Notes: a model not told the origin generated them from the letters alone. Counted from the stretch's first letter, positions 28,409-40,300 are shown. The stretch: 64,000 nucleotides of DNA from Polyangiaceae bacterium (GCA_050287085.1 JBNKBE010000004.1:128288-192287); one strand, 5' to 3'. Made by a program: numbers and translations.

Positions 28409-29533
28409 TCAACCGGTTGGGGCCGGCTCAGCGAGTGAGGCCGAGTTCAGAGACTGTAGCCTGCGTTGAAGCTCGCGCCGTGCGCTTGCGCGCTGGCGAA
28501 GCTCAGCCTGGGTTTTCTTCCACGCCTTGAGCGCTGCCCGGCGCGAGCGCCGCAAGTTCAATCCACGCTCTACGGCATTGCGTAGGCGAGCGCGGAACTC
28601 GGCATCTGACGCCGCTCGCGCCGCGAGCGCCTGGCGAGCGCGCACAACGAGGTCTCCCTGGCTGCAGATGAGCAGGGCATCACAACCGGCGAGGATGGCC
28701 TGCGGCGCGAGCTCTTCGATAGGAGCCAGCTCGCTGACGGCGCGCATCTCGAGATCGTCTGAGAACAACACCCCTCGAAAGCCGAACTCTTGTCGCAGGA
28801 GGCTGATGAGCAAGCGGGGGCTCAGCGTTGCGGGCCGGTCGTCGAGCGCCGGGAAGACCACATGGGCGCTCATCATGGTGGGCGCCTCGGGAGCGAGCCG
28901 CTCAAACGGATAGAGTTCTCCCTGCCGCAGCGCGAGAACACTTCTGGTCACCACCGGCAAGGTGAGGTGGCTGTCGGTGGTCGTATCACCATGGCCCGGG
29001 TAGTGCTTGAGGCAGGAAACCAGCCCCGCACGACGATGGCCCGCCATGGCCGCCCGAGCGTGGGCGACGACCAGTTCGGGCGAGGCGCTGTAGGCGCGGT
29101 CGCCGATCACGGGGTTGTCCGGATTGGAGTCTACGTCGGCCACGGGGGCAAAGTTCAAGTTGAAGCCGAGCAGCCGAAGATCCGATGCCAACTCGAAGGC
29201 TGCCTCTTCGGTCAGGGCGACGTCGCCTTCGGCACCCAGAACGCGGGCCGCGGGCACTTCGAGCACACCGCTAGTGAGGCGCCGAACCCTTCCGCCTTCC
29301 TGATCGACACCGATCCAGGGGGGAAATTCGGCGGGGGCCGCGGCGCTGACCGCGGCGCATAAGGCGTGCACTGCCCGGGGGGTGCCGATATTGCGGGCGA
29401 AGAGGATGACCCCACCCAAACATCCAGCGCCAAGGGCTGCTTGGGTGGTGGTTTCCAGGCGCTGACCGTCAAAGCCAGCCACCAGAACCTGTCCGGCAAG
29501 CTGCTCGTCGGAGAGCGCGTCGACTTCCTTCAC
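28409..29533 (-). CDS. nagZ: GH3 beta-N-acetylhexosaminidase
   Basis: GVILFARN, VDQEGGRV, NFAPVAD, KHYPGHG, DSH, FSDDLEM. Confidence 0.93.
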   Translation of the reverse strand: MKEVDALSDEQLAGQVLVAGFDGQRLETTTQAALGAGCLGGVILFARNIGTPRAVHALCAAVSAAAPAEFPPWIGVDQEGGRVRRLTSGVLEVPAARVLGAEGDVALTEEAAFELASDLRLLGFNLNFAPVADVDSNPDNPVIGDRAYSASPELVVAHARAAMAGHRRAGLVSCLKHYPGHGDTTTDSHLTLPVVTRSVLALRQGELYPFERLAPEAPTMMSAHVVFPALDDRPATLSPRLLISLLRQEFGFRGVLFSDDLEMRAVSELAPIEELAPQAILAGCDALLICSQGDLVVRARQALAARAASDAEFRARLRNAVERGLNLRRSRRAALKAWKKTQAELRQRASARRELQRRLQSLNSASLAEPAPTG

Positions 29534-29609
29534 GTCGCCTCCGCGGCGGCACCAACTCGGTTGTCGTGCAGTGCTCTCGGTTGTCGGTGCGTCATGGAAT
29601 GCCCGCGGG

Positions 29610-31034
29610 TCATGGGGCTTGGGCGGGGCCTAAGTCGACGCAGGCGGCCTCTGCCATGTCGTCAGCGAGCCGGTCGAGGACGTCGTTGCTGGGGCCTTCG
29701 AGCATCAGGCGTAGCTTGTTTTCCGTCCCGCTCCAACGCACCAGAACTCGACCTCGGGTACCCAGTTTTTTTTCGGCGGCGCGGATAGCGCGCTGCAGGG
29801 AGGGCAGCGATTCGACCGGTCGCTTCTCTCGAAGCGACACGTTCTTGAGCACCTGCGGCAGCGCTGTCATCACCTGGCTAAGTTCCGACAACGGCTTACC
29901 CTCCCGCACCATTACGGCCAGCACTTGGAGCGCGGCCACGATGCCGTCTCCGGTCGTGGCGTGGTCTAGGAATACGAGGTGGCCAGACTGTTCACCCCCG
30001 AAAGAGTAGCCGCCTGAGCGCATCTTCTCGACGACATAGCGATCTCCGACCTGGGTGCGCAAGAGCTTGCCACCCGCCTCCTGGAGCGCGTGCTCAAGGC
30101 CCATGTTGCTCATCACGGTGGAGATGACCGTCCGCTTTCGGAGGCGCTTGTCCTTGAGCAATTGTCGTGCGCAAATGGCCATCAGGTGATCGCCATCGAC
30201 GGTGTGTCCGTGTTCATCTACGACGATGAGCCGATCCGCGTCGCCGTCCAAGCCTATACCAATGTCGGCGTGGTGGCGGCATACGAGTTTCGATAGGTGC
30301 TCAGGGTAGAGCGCGCCCACGCCATCGTTGATATTCTTGCCGTTGGGATCGCAGCCGGTGGTGTACACCTTCGCGCCAAGTTCGTGAAACACCGATGGGG
30401 CAACCCGGTAGCCTGCGCCGTTGGCGGCGTCCACCACGACGCGCAGACCCCGCAATGCCAAAGCGGACGGAAACGTGTTCTTGGCATAGACGATGTAGCG
30501 CCCGGACGCCTCTTCAATGCGCTCGGCGCGACCGATGCGTCCCGCGTCGACGACGTCGGACTGAGCCTCGTCGTTCAAGAGCAGCTTTTCGACCAAGAGC
30601 TCCTCTGCGTCGTCCAGTTTGAAGCCGTCAGGTCCGAACAGCTTGATGCCGTTGTCGCGGTACGGATTGTGTGACGCGCTGATGACGACACCGGCATCGG
30701 CGCGCATGCTATGCGTGAGTTGTGCTACCGCAGGCGTAGGTAGCGGACCGGTGAGCAGGACACGGCCTCCCATGGAACAGACGCCGGAGGCAAATGCTGT
30801 CTCAAGCATGTAGCCGGAAAGGCGCGTGTCCTTGCCGACCACAATTGCCGGCTCTCGTGGCTGGTCTCGTCGCTCACTTCCCATTCCAGGGTGGGCGGGG
30901 CCGCCCCGTATCTTTCGGCTTCCTGCCACTCGAGTGACAGCGCGACCAAGGCGCAACGCCACCTCCGGCGTCATGGGGTAAGTGTTGGCAAGTCCGCGGA
31001 TGCCGTCGGTGCCAAATAGCTTGCGCTCTCCCAT
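29610..31034 (-). CDS. glmM: Phosphoglucosamine mutase
   Basis: FGTDGIRG, ISASHNP, DGDADR, GGEQSGH, RWSGTE. Confidence 0.96.
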   Translation of the reverse strand: MGERKLFGTDGIRGLANTYPMTPEVALRLGRAVTRVAGSRKIRGGPAHPGMGSERRDQPREPAIVVGKDTRLSGYMLETAFASGVCSMGGRVLLTGPLPTPAVAQLTHSMRADAGVVISASHNPYRDNGIKLFGPDGFKLDDAEELLVEKLLLNDEAQSDVVDAGRIGRAERIEEASGRYIVYAKNTFPSALALRGLRVVVDAANGAGYRVAPSVFHELGAKVYTTGCDPNGKNINDGVGALYPEHLSKLVCRHHADIGIGLDGDADRLIVVDEHGHTVDGDHLMAICARQLLKDKRLRKRTVISTVMSNMGLEHALQEAGGKLLRTQVGDRYVVEKMRSGGYSFGGEQSGHLVFLDHATTGDGIVAALQVLAVMVREGKPLSELSQVMTALPQVLKNVSLREKRPVESLPSLQRAIRAAEKKLGTRGRVLVRWSGTENKLRLMLEGPSNDVLDRLADDMAEAACVDLGPAQAP

Positions 31035-31036
31035 GA

Positions 31037-31522
31037 TCAGTCGCGAAAGTTGTTGTACTGGAGCTCGATCCCGAAGTCGTGGCTCTTCAGCGCGGCGATT
31101 GCGGCCTGAAGGTCGTCGCGCTTCTTCCCGGTCACTCGCACTGTGTCCTCCACCACGGAGGCCTGCACCTTCAACTTGGCGTCCTTGAGGTAAGCCACAA
31201 TCTTCTTGGCCTGTTCCCGTTCGACGCCCTCGGTCTTCTTGATGACAAGCTTGCGTCGGCTGCCCGTCGCTGGTTCCGGCTGACCGGGCTCGAAGTGTTT
31301 GGCGCTAACACCTCGCTTCGCCAGCTTCTCGACGAAGACGCCATACGCAGAGCGAGCTCGTTCGTCACTATCGGAGGTGATAGTGAAGGACTGGTCGCCG
31401 ACTTGAAGTTCGGTGTCGCTACCGCGGAAGTCGTAGCGCTGCGCATACTCCTTTTTGGCTTGTTCGGTGGCGTTCTTGAGTTCGGCTTTGTCTATCTTGG
31501 ATACAACGTCGAAAGAAGGCAT
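31037..31522 (-). CDS. yajQ: YajQ family nucleotide/c-di-GMP-binding protein
   Basis: MPSFDVVSK, RYDFRG, VRVTGKKRDDLQ, NNFRD. Confidence 0.95.
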   Translation of the reverse strand: MPSFDVVSKIDKAELKNATEQAKKEYAQRYDFRGSDTELQVGDQSFTITSDSDERARSAYGVFVEKLAKRGVSAKHFEPGQPEPATGSRRKLVIKKTEGVEREQAKKIVAYLKDAKLKVQASVVEDTVRVTGKKRDDLQAAIAALKSHDFGIELQYNNFRD

Positions 31523-31593
31523 AACGATTGCGCAGGGCAGTTGTAGTGCGTGCTGTAGCCGCACGCAGGGCTGGAGGAGAAGGGCGCGGCGCG

Positions 31594-32835
31594 CTACATA
31601 TCGATGGGCGGATCCATCTTGATGCCCAGCAGGGCAGCACGTGCCGGGCCGACGACGAAGATGGAGCCCGCCACCACGACCAAGCCTCGGGGGCCGACGA
31701 TTGTGCGCGCCCGCCGCAGGCCTTCTCCGATAGAAGACGCCACCTCTCCGGGGAGTGCCGCTGCGAACTCTTCTGGCGCCACGCTCTTTGGGCTGTTGGC
31801 CGCGACGAACACGCGATGAGACGCCGTGTGCTCCAGGCGCGCCAGCATCGCGCGCCAGTTCTTGCCTTGCATGGCGCCGAAAACCAAAGCGACGTTGCGG
31901 CGGTTGCCAACCGTCTCCGACGCCGTTGCGTCGATGATATGACTTAGCAACACCGCGCCGTCTGGATTGTGGCAAGCGTCAAGCAACGTCAGCTCTTCGC
32001 CGTTGCGGTGGAGAAGCTCATTGCGTCCCGGCCAGACCGTTCGCTCGATTCCCAAGGCGATCTTGTCGGGCTCGAGGCCGATAGCTCGTGCCACCGTGGT
32101 GGCCACTGCAAGGTTGGTCCCGAACATGGCCATTCTGGGATAAGCAAGCTGCGCTCCTGGAAACGGCTCGGCTCCGCCCAATGGCAAGACTTCTGCACCC
32201 ACGGCCGCCGCGCGCTCTTCAACGGCTTCACGGGCATGGGGATGGAGTTTACCCACAACGACCTTGCTGCCTTCTTTGATAATCGCGGCCTTTTCGGTCG
32301 CGATTTGTCGAAGCGAGGGCCCGAGGACGTCCTGATGATCGAAGGCGACCCGGGTGATCAGCGCGAATTCAGGCGGGGGCAGCACATTGGTAGCGTCCAG
32401 GCGTCCGCCAAGCCCAACCTCTACGACAGCTCGGCTTACCTTCTTATCTCGGAACGCTAGAAACGCGGCCAGCGTGGTTGTTTCAAAGAACGTAAGTTCG
32501 TCCGACGCATCGAGCGCTTCGCCCACGTATCGCACCACGTCGGCGTCCGAAAGCGGCATACCATCGATCTGGATGCGCTCACCAAACTGACAGAGGTGCG
32601 GCGAAGTAAACATCCCGATGGGACCTTCACCTCCTCGCTTGCTGGCCCGCAGCATCGAGGCCAAGAAGGCTGTGACGCTTCCTTTGCCGTTGGTGCCTCC
32701 AACGTGAATTGCGGCAAAGGATTGCTCTGGGTTACCGAGCTTGTCGCATGCGCGTCTGACCCGATCTAGCCCCAGCTTGCGACCCCGCGGGGCGAGCGAG
32801 TACAGCCGTTCCAGGATTGTTTTGAGTTCACTCAC
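31594..32835 (-). CDS. folC: Folylpolyglutamate/dihydrofolate synthase
   Basis: HVGGTNGKGS, FTSPHL, EVGLGGRLDATN, WPGR, LDACHNPDG; GTG start 32835. Confidence 0.94.
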   Translation of the reverse strand: MSELKTILERLYSLAPRGRKLGLDRVRRACDKLGNPEQSFAAIHVGGTNGKGSVTAFLASMLRASKRGGEGPIGMFTSPHLCQFGERIQIDGMPLSDADVVRYVGEALDASDELTFFETTTLAAFLAFRDKKVSRAVVEVGLGGRLDATNVLPPPEFALITRVAFDHQDVLGPSLRQIATEKAAIIKEGSKVVVGKLHPHAREAVEERAAAVGAEVLPLGGAEPFPGAQLAYPRMAMFGTNLAVATTVARAIGLEPDKIALGIERTVWPGRNELLHRNGEELTLLDACHNPDGAVLLSHIIDATASETVGNRRNVALVFGAMQGKNWRAMLARLEHTASHRVFVAANSPKSVAPEEFAAALPGEVASSIGEGLRRARTIVGPRGLVVVAGSIFVVGPARAALLGIKMDPPIDM

Positions 32836-33027
32836 CAGTTGTTTCCCGCCGGCGCCCGCAATAGCCTGCTTGCGCAGCGGGCAAAGTCCACACAGCGTCG
32901 TACTTTCTCTGCGATCAGGCAACTTTGAAACCACCGCTCCAAAACTGAATGGTGGGCTTTGCGCGGCCCGCTGGTCGGTGGCGCCCGGGGATGCGCGACC
33001 GCAAGCAAGCGGGTTATGCTGCTCTGG

Positions 33028-33477
33028 ATGAATCCCACGGTGCGAGTCATGCGCACGGGCCCGGTGAGGGTCCCTCTGCCCCGATATGCGACCCATCAGG
33101 CCGCCGGTCTAGACCTCCATGCGGCTCTGGAGAACGTGGTTCGGCTTAAGCCCGGCATGCGACGGGCCGTTCCCACCGGACTCTGCTTTGCGATTCCAGA
33201 AGGCTTCGAAGGACAGCTGCGACCTCGCTCCGGCCTCGCGCTCCGCTCCGGGGTCACGCTGGTGAATTCGCCCGGTACCCTCGACGCAGACTATCGCGGC
33301 GAGGTTGCCGTTATTCTGATCAACCACGGACAAGAGGACGTAGTGGTGCGTCCCCTGGAGCGGATCGCTCAGCTGGTGATCGCTCCGGTGGTGATCGCGT
33401 TCATTGAGCCCGTCGAAGAGCTGGACTCAACCCTGCGCGGAGCGGGGGGCTTCGGCAGCACCGGCCTGCTTCCCTGA
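33028..33477 (+). CDS. dut: dUTP diphosphatase
   Basis: [36 protein letters not shown]. Confidence 0.96.
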   Translation: MNPTVRVMRTGPVRVPLPRYATHQAAGLDLHAALENVVRLKPGMRRAVPTGLCFAIPEGFEGQLRPRSGLALRSGVTLVNSPGTLDADYRGEVAVILINHGQEDVVVRPLERIAQLVIAPVVIAFIEPVEELDSTLRGAGGFGSTGLLP

Positions 33478-33492
33478 GCCACGGGTCCGGCG

Positions 33493-34311
33493 CTAGCGAG
33501 CGATGACCTCCCGGAGTTCGTCGATGAAGCGCTCAACGCGACGGCAGAGCGCAACTACTTCGAAGTCCTGGGTCAGGATGTGGTGGGAGTGCTGTAGGAT
33601 GAGCACCTCCAGGTGAGCCGTCCCGATCCGATCAGCGGCGAGCCATACGTTGCTCACCGGCGCGACCCGGTCGAGCAGACCGTGGACGAGTAGCGTGGGG
33701 CATTGGATCCTCGGTAGCAGGGTGCTCACAGCTCGGCCCGCGCGTTGCAACGACAGGGCCGCGCGCGCCGGGGAGGCGGAGTAGTTGCGATGCCGCTTCC
33801 GTCCATCCGGATCCCCAATGTCTGGGCCGTGGCGTTTTGGCAGTAGAAGGTCACCCCTGGGCAACAGTCCGAGTAGATCGAGGCTCAGCGCGGGGTGCGG
33901 CCAGTGCAGGCGGAGGGCGTTGGCAAGCGCGACCAATCCACCGACGCGCGCAGGGTGTTGGGCCGCGAGCTTCATGGCAAGCACGGCGCCCATCGACTGA
34001 CCGCCAACGATGACCGGCGGTGAGAGCGAGAGAAGGGCATTTTCCGCGGCGGCGTACCAGTCCGAGAAGGAGGTGCGGGCCAGATCGCGTGCATGTGTAC
34101 CGTGTCCTGGCAACTGGGGAACGGTGAGGGCGAGCCCTCGCGCTCGCCCGAGCTCGGCCAGGGGCATCATCTCGCAGGGCGTGGCGCCGTAGCCGTGAAG
34201 AAGTAGAAGTGAGGGGCCAGCTCCGGGTTCCGCGAGCGGCGGGCAAATGGGCTCGGTTCCGACTAGGGCTCCCCAGTCGCGCCCTCCGCTAGGGTGCAGT
34301 TCACTCGCCAC
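33493..34311 (-). CDS. Alpha/beta-hydrolase (carboxylesterase/monoacylglycerol lipase-like)
   Basis: LLHGY, LPGHGT, GQSMG nucleophile elbow, D and H triad candidates. Confidence 0.88.
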   Translation of the reverse strand: MASELHPSGGRDWGALVGTEPICPPLAEPGAGPSLLLLHGYGATPCEMMPLAELGRARGLALTVPQLPGHGTHARDLARTSFSDWYAAAENALLSLSPPVIVGGQSMGAVLAMKLAAQHPARVGGLVALANALRLHWPHPALSLDLLGLLPRGDLLLPKRHGPDIGDPDGRKRHRNYSASPARAALSLQRAGRAVSTLLPRIQCPTLLVHGLLDRVAPVSNVWLAADRIGTAHLEVLILQHSHHILTQDFEVVALCRRVERFIDELREVIAR

Positions 34312-35755
34312 GCTCGATTCCGTACGCTCGTATCTTCTTGTGCAGGTTGGTGCGCTCGACCCCTAGCAATACGGCTGCACGAGAGATGTTGAAGTCAACC
34401 TCTCGCAGCGTGCGCAGGATGTACCCGCGTTCAGCTTGTTCCCGGTATTCGCGTAGACTTGGGCGCTCCCTAGAGGATTGCAGCACCTCCTGCGTGGGGG
34501 TGCCAGCGTTTTCGAGCTCCTCGAAGGGGCTGTCGTGTGGATCCTCGGGTAGATCCGCGATCGTGATGACGTCGCTCGAGAGAATGGCGGCCCGTTCTAC
34601 CACGTTGCGCAGTTCACGGACGTTGCCGGGCCAGCGCCGCCGGAGCAGGGCCTGGAATACCTCGGGGTCGATCTTCTTATTGCGCAGGCCATTGTCGCGG
34701 CAGAATGCTTCGACGAACGAAATGGTCAGTGCCTCGATATCCTCGCGGCGTTGTTCGAGTGACGGTACGTCGATCGGAAACACCTTCAGGCGAAAGTACA
34801 GATCTTCGCGAAAGCTGCCGCCAGCAACGGCGCGTTCCAGGTCCTTGTTGGTCGCGGCCAGGACCCGCACGTCCACATGCAGAATCTGCTCTGCGCCAAC
34901 GCGAGTGACTTCGCCGTTCTGCAGCGCGCGGAGCACCTTCGCTTGCGCCGACAGATCCATGTCGCCTATCTCGTCCAGAAATAGTGTTCCGCCGTGGGCC
35001 TGCTCGAAATAGCCACGTTTGCGGGCGGCGGCTCCCGTGAAGGCCCCCTTCTCGTGCCCGAATAACTCGCTTTCGAATAGCTCAGCGGGGATCGCCGCGC
35101 AATTGACCTTCACGAAGGGAGCATCAGCGCGCTGGCTCAGGCGGTGGATGGCTCGGCTCACCAGCTCTTTGCCGGTTCCACTTTGACCGGTGAGCAACAC
35201 GGTGGCTCGCGTCGGCGCAACCTTGTCAATCTCTTGATACAAGCGCTGCATGCACTCGCTCGAACCGATCATCTGGTAGCGGCGCGAGAGTTCTTGTTGC
35301 ATCTCGCGCACGGTGCGACCCAGGCGCGCACTGCGGATGCAGTTCTGCACGCTGACGATCACGCGTTCGCGATTGAGGGGCTTCTCGAAGAAATCTGTCG
35401 CGCCCAGGCGGATGGCGTGGACCGCGTCGTCGACCGTTGCGTGGCCGCTGATCACGATGACGGGAAGGCGCCCGAGTTCGGGATCGGCCTTCAGCTGCTC
35501 CAGGGCCTGAAGGCCACTCATGTTGGGGAGCTTGATGTCCAGGATCACCAGGTCCACGGGACGCGCCGCATCCGCCAAGCGTTGCATGGCCTCCTCAGCG
35601 CTGCCAGCCGTGGATACTTCGTATCCGGCGCCGGTCAGCACCATGTTGAGCGTGCGGCGAATATTGGGTTCGTCGTCGACAACCAGGACCGAGGCGGCAG
35701 CGCCGCTCATGGGTTCTGGCATCGGTCTCGTCGCTTCCGTCATTCCACTGGTCAC
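34301..35755 (-). CDS. Sigma54-dependent response regulator (NtrC/NtrX-like)
   Basis: REC (VVDD, LDIKLP), GQSGTGKE, GAFTGA, FLDEIG, WPGNVREL, Fis-type HTH; start uncertain. Confidence 0.95.
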   Translation of the reverse strand: MTSGMTEATRPMPEPMSGAAASVLVVDDEPNIRRTLNMVLTGAGYEVSTAGSAEEAMQRLADAARPVDLVILDIKLPNMSGLQALEQLKADPELGRLPVIVISGHATVDDAVHAIRLGATDFFEKPLNRERVIVSVQNCIRSARLGRTVREMQQELSRRYQMIGSSECMQRLYQEIDKVAPTRATVLLTGQSGTGKELVSRAIHRLSQRADAPFVKVNCAAIPAELFESELFGHEKGAFTGAAARKRGYFEQAHGGTLFLDEIGDMDLSAQAKVLRALQNGEVTRVGAEQILHVDVRVLAATNKDLERAVAGGSFREDLYFRLKVFPIDVPSLEQRREDIEALTISFVEAFCRDNGLRNKKIDPEVFQALLRRRWPGNVRELRNVVERAAILSSDVITIADLPEDPHDSPFEELENAGTPTQEVLQSSRERPSLREYREQAERGYILRTLREVDFNISRAAVLLGVERTNLHKKIRAYGIERGE

Positions 35756-36630
35756 AGGTGGGAGGCTTCGGCGCCGAGCCGGCTCTCCGCGTGGACTGCC
35801 GAGCCCTGGGCCTGCTTTGAGTCGATGCCGAGCTCGTGCATATGGCTCAGAAAGTTGCCCGCCACTGCGTGAAAGGGACTGCGCGGATAGGCCTTCTGCG
35901 CGTGGTGGAACATCGCTTCGGCACGGCGGTGTTCACCCATGCGTAGATAGGTCTCGCCGAGCAAGACCTCCGCTTCGGGCTCTAGACCCGATGTGTTGTA
36001 GGTCCGGAGGCAGTGCTGCACGCGACGCAGGGCGGCCACGTACTGGTCTTGTTTGAGGTAGAAGCGAGCCACGTACAATTCATGACGTGCAAGCAGGCCA
36101 CTGACGGCTTCCAACATGTAGTCGAGCTCTGCGCGCGGCGTGTAGCTTGGGTAGTCAGCTAGAAATGAGCGCAGCTCGGTGAACGCTTCGCGCGCCGGAG
36201 CCAGATCGCGCTCTTCGACCGGTGGCTGAAAGATGCTGCCGCTGCTTTGTTCGAAGTGGGCCCGAATGACGCGCAAGCGAGCGTAAGGCACTTCCACATC
36301 CTGGGGGTGGTCGTGTACGTAGGCTTCGTATTCTGCTACCGCTTCGGGCAGCCGTTCCTGCTCGTAGGCGATGTCAGCCAAGCGCAGCTGGGCTTTGCGT
36401 GCAAAAGGCGTGTAGCTGTAGTTGCGACGGACATCGTCCATCAAGAGCCGTGCGTACTCGAAATTCCGCTCTTCGAATTCCGCCTCCGCCTCCGCAAAGG
36501 CTCGAGCGGCATCCGCTTGCAGTTCAGCATGCGTCTTGGCAGACGTCTGAGCGCTGACACAGGCGCCGGGCGCAAGGATGAGGGCGGTGAGCAGCGAGGG
36601 GAGCCAGGCGAGGCGATGAGGGCGCAGCAT
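35752..36630 (-). CDS. bamD: Outer-membrane assembly lipoprotein BamD-like
   Basis: GAC lipobox, TPR helices, YPS, LARHELYVARFY. Confidence 0.82.
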   Translation of the reverse strand: MLRPHRLAWLPSLLTALILAPGACVSAQTSAKTHAELQADAARAFAEAEAEFEERNFEYARLLMDDVRRNYSYTPFARKAQLRLADIAYEQERLPEAVAEYEAYVHDHPQDVEVPYARLRVIRAHFEQSSGSIFQPPVEERDLAPAREAFTELRSFLADYPSYTPRAELDYMLEAVSGLLARHELYVARFYLKQDQYVAALRRVQHCLRTYNTSGLEPEAEVLLGETYLRMGEHRRAEAMFHHAQKAYPRSPFHAVAGNFLSHMHELGIDSKQAQGSAVHAESRLGAEASHL

Positions 36631-36825
36631 GGGGCCAACGGGGCCTTAGCGGGTTAGCGGCCAAAGGGCAAGCGCGACGGCGCTGGCCGCTTCGCTAGCA
36701 GGGTGTGGGGAAGGGGTGCCGCCAGGAAAAAGACGTGCCAAGTCGACAGATTAGCGCGGTCATCCGAGGTCTTTCTGCGATCGGCATTGACCTTCTTGGC
36801 TGCTTTGAGCCAGAACATTCACCTT

Positions 36826-37296
36826 ATGGAACGCGTACCGATGACGCCTTCGGGGCACGAGAAGCTGAAGCAATTGCTTGCCAAGCTGCGAGAAGAACGC
36901 CCAAAGATCTCCAAAGAAATCGAGACGGCTCGAGAGCACGGTGATCTGAAGGAAAACGCGGAGTACCACGCGGCCAAAGAGCGTCAAGGCATGCTCGAGG
37001 CGCAGCTGAAAGACACCGAGGACAAGCTGGCCCGGGCGGAAGTGATCGATCCCAGCAAGTTGACCGGCACACGGATCCGCTTTGGGGCCACGGTGGCTTT
37101 GCTCAACGTGGAGACCGAGGAGGAATCTGTGTTTCAAATCGTCGGCGCAGACGAGGCGAACGTGGACCAGGGCCTGATTTCAGTGTCCGCCCCATTGGCG
37201 CGGGGTCTCATCGGCAAAGAGCCGGGCGACGAGGCGACGATTCGGCTCCCGAACGCCACCCGCACCTACGAAGTCGTGTCCGTCGAGTACAAGTGA
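36826..37296 (+). CDS. greA: Transcription elongation factor GreA
   Basis: AREHGDLKENAEYHAAKE, ISVSAPLARGLIGK. Confidence 0.97.
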   Translation: MERVPMTPSGHEKLKQLLAKLREERPKISKEIETAREHGDLKENAEYHAAKERQGMLEAQLKDTEDKLARAEVIDPSKLTGTRIRFGATVALLNVETEEESVFQIVGADEANVDQGLISVSAPLARGLIGKEPGDEATIRLPNATRTYEVVSVEYK

Positions 37297-37378
37297 AGCC
37301 CTCTCGCCGGCGCCTCTACGCGACGTCTTTTGCGCTGGGGCATATGCGCCGTTGGCGAGTCTCTGCCCCGGACCCGAG

Positions 37379-40300
37379 ATGAGGCAAGTGCTTGCCAGCG
37401 CGGCTCGAGGCGCCGCACTCGCCGTGGGCGTCGCGCTCGTCGAGCTGACGCTCGTTTTCGTCGCGTACAGTAGAAGCTTTGCCGGGATCTGGGAGCTCCA
37501 GCATGGCGCCCTGTACCTGCTACCGACGCTCGTCCTGTTCGCCGGAGCGGCAGGGGCCGCAGGAGCCGGGGTCGCCCGAGCGGCCGTGGCCGAGCCCCGG
37601 GCGCTCCGGATCGGAGCCGCTGGGCTTTCGTGGCTCGCGGGCGGGCTTGTGGGCTATAGCGTCAGCTTCGGGCGCCACTTCGAAGAGCTGTGGCGCCGCA
37701 TCGGCTTTGTTGGGCTGACCGGCGGCCTGGCGACGCTGGCGGTCATGGCCTTTGCCCCGAAGCTCTACGTGGCGGCGCTGAGAAGCCCGCGCTGGGTTGC
37801 GATCGGAGCTGGCGTCTTCATCGGGCTGCTTGAGCTCGCCAATAGGTATCTCTTCGTTCGGCTCTACCCGGGCTTTCATCTTACGGCAGCGGCGCTCGGG
37901 CTGGGGCTCTCGGGCTTGCTCTCGCCTCGCCGCCTGTTTGCGGCGCCGTCAGCCTGGATGCGGCAGCCGCGGCGCTGGGGCCTCGTCCTTGGGGGGCTGG
38001 TGGCTCTTGGGGCGGGGCTTGGGCCCGCGGCGCAGCGACTGGCTCGTTTCGATAACTTCCGGCTGGTGCTCGATGAACAGGCACCGATCGCGCGTCAGGC
38101 CAGTTTGCTGAGCGCACGCCTCGTGCCAGCGCCCGCGTTGGACGAGACATTGGCGTCGAAGCCCCAGGAGCAAAGTCCTAGCCCGCCCGAGCTCCGCGGA
38201 AGGAGCGTTCTACTGATAACCGTTGATGCCCTGCGCGCCGATCACCTCGGCGCGTACGGGAGTCGCCAGGCGCTCACCCCAAACATGGATGCCTTGGCCC
38301 GTGAGGGATTGCGTTTCGATCACGCCTATTGCGCCACGCCGCATACTTCTTACTCCCTGACCAGTCTGATGACGGGCAAGTACATCCGCCCGTTGCTGCT
38401 TCAAGGGCTCGGAGCTCACTCGGAGACGCTGGCAACCACCCTGCGTCGCTACGGCTATCGTACCGCGGCGTTCTACCCTCCCGCGGTATTCTTCATCGAT
38501 CGCGAGCGCTTCGCAGCATTCGATCAGAGCCAACTCGGCTTCGAGTATCAGAAGCGTGAGTTCCTCGAAGGGCGAGCGCGTGTGGAGCAGCTGGCGGGTT
38601 ACCTTGGAACGCTGCCGGAGGGGGCGCCCGCGTTTGCTTGGGTGCACCTATTCGGCCCCCACGAGCCCTATGAGAGCCACGAAGGGTATGAATACGGCGA
38701 CTCCGACCAAGAGCGTTACGCGAGCGAGGTGGCTTTTGCCGATCGGACGGTAGGGCAGCTCGTGAGTGCGTTTCGGGGGCGTTATCCCGACGCGCTCGTG
38801 GTGGTCACGGCCGATCACGGTGAGGAATTCGGGGAACATGGCGGGCGCTACCACGGCAGCAGCGTGTATGAGGAGCAGGTGCGCGTGCCCCTGATCTTCC
38901 AGGCACCTGGGGTGGTCAAAGCGGGGAGCGTCTCGGCCCCGGTCCAGACCATCGATCTGCTTCCAACCGTGCTACGCAGTCTCGGGATCCCGGTGCGTCC
39001 CTCGGTCCGTGGGCGCGACCTGAGCCGAGCGTTGACCACGGGTGAGCTGCCTGGTCCTGGTTTTGCGTTCGTCGAAACCGACGCTCAGACCCTGCTCGCC
39101 GAAGGGCGTCATCGACTCATTTGTGAGCGGCGCTTGGGCGCTTGCAAGCTATTCGATCTCGAGCAGGATCCCACCGAGCAAAGCGCCGCTGAGGATGAAA
39201 ACGCGGTCGCGGTCACTGAACGATTGCGGGCGGAGAGCCGAGCGCTGGGCGCTTCCCACGGGCGCTACGAGCTCGATTCGAACGCCCGCGCGCCGGGCCA
39301 GGAGGCGTGGCCCGCTCCGATCCTGCGCGGGCTTGCCGGTGATGGCGACGCGGCGGCCGATCTGGCTTCGCTCCTGGATGACGCCGAAGCGCCCATCCGC
39401 GAGAAGGCGGCTGAGCTGCTCTTCTCCCTTGGCACAGAGGCCCAGGCATCGGCCCTGAGACTCGCACTGCAGCGCGAAGAGCGTGAGGCGATTCGCCGCT
39501 GGCTGGCGGTGGACGTCACGCGCTTGGGCGATGGGGCGCCTCTGGTTGAAGAACTGCTAGCCGGTGACGCGCTGGTATGGCGGCGGCGCGCGGCGTTGGC
39601 CCTGGCCGAACGCGGAGATCGCCGAGGGCGTTTCGAGCTCGTCGGCTGGTGGGTGGACGGCGGCTCCGACGACTTCGTGCTCGCCGGCCGCCTGCTAGGC
39701 GCCTTTGCCAAGACCCGCGCCAAGGAGGCCGTCGGCCCCCTGCTCCGCGCATTGGACGATCTGCGTCTGCGCCCCCTGATCGCCGATACGTTGGCCGCCA
39801 TCGGCGACGAGACGGCTCGGGGGGCGCTAGCACGGGCCTTTGCGAGTGAACCCTATCATGGAACCCGAGAACGCCTGGGGGCGGCTCTCGTCAAGTTGGG
39901 GGCGCGGGGAGAGCTGATCGCGCCGCTGCGCCGTTGGCTCGGGGCGCCGGATCCGCTCAGCACGGGACTGGAGCTGGCTCGTCAGGCGGACGTGCTCGAG
40001 TTCGTCGGAGGGCCGAAGGATAGCGAGCAAGCTCGGCTGGCTCATGAAGCCGGGGTGGGGGCGTTGGTGACCGTGACGGTCCCGCCTGCCGCTGGCGATG
40101 CAGCACTGCGCTTGTTGGTGCTTGCGCGCCCCCCCACGGCGGTCGACGGCGAGGTCCGAGTAGGCCTTCCGCGGGGCCTCTACCGCTACGACACAGCAGG
40201 GAAAGCGGTTCGCTCTCGTCGCGTACCAGAGCTCGATCCTCAGCGCTTCGTGCGGATTCGGGTGCCCGCTGGGCGCGCGCCGCAGCAGTTCGTAGCGACG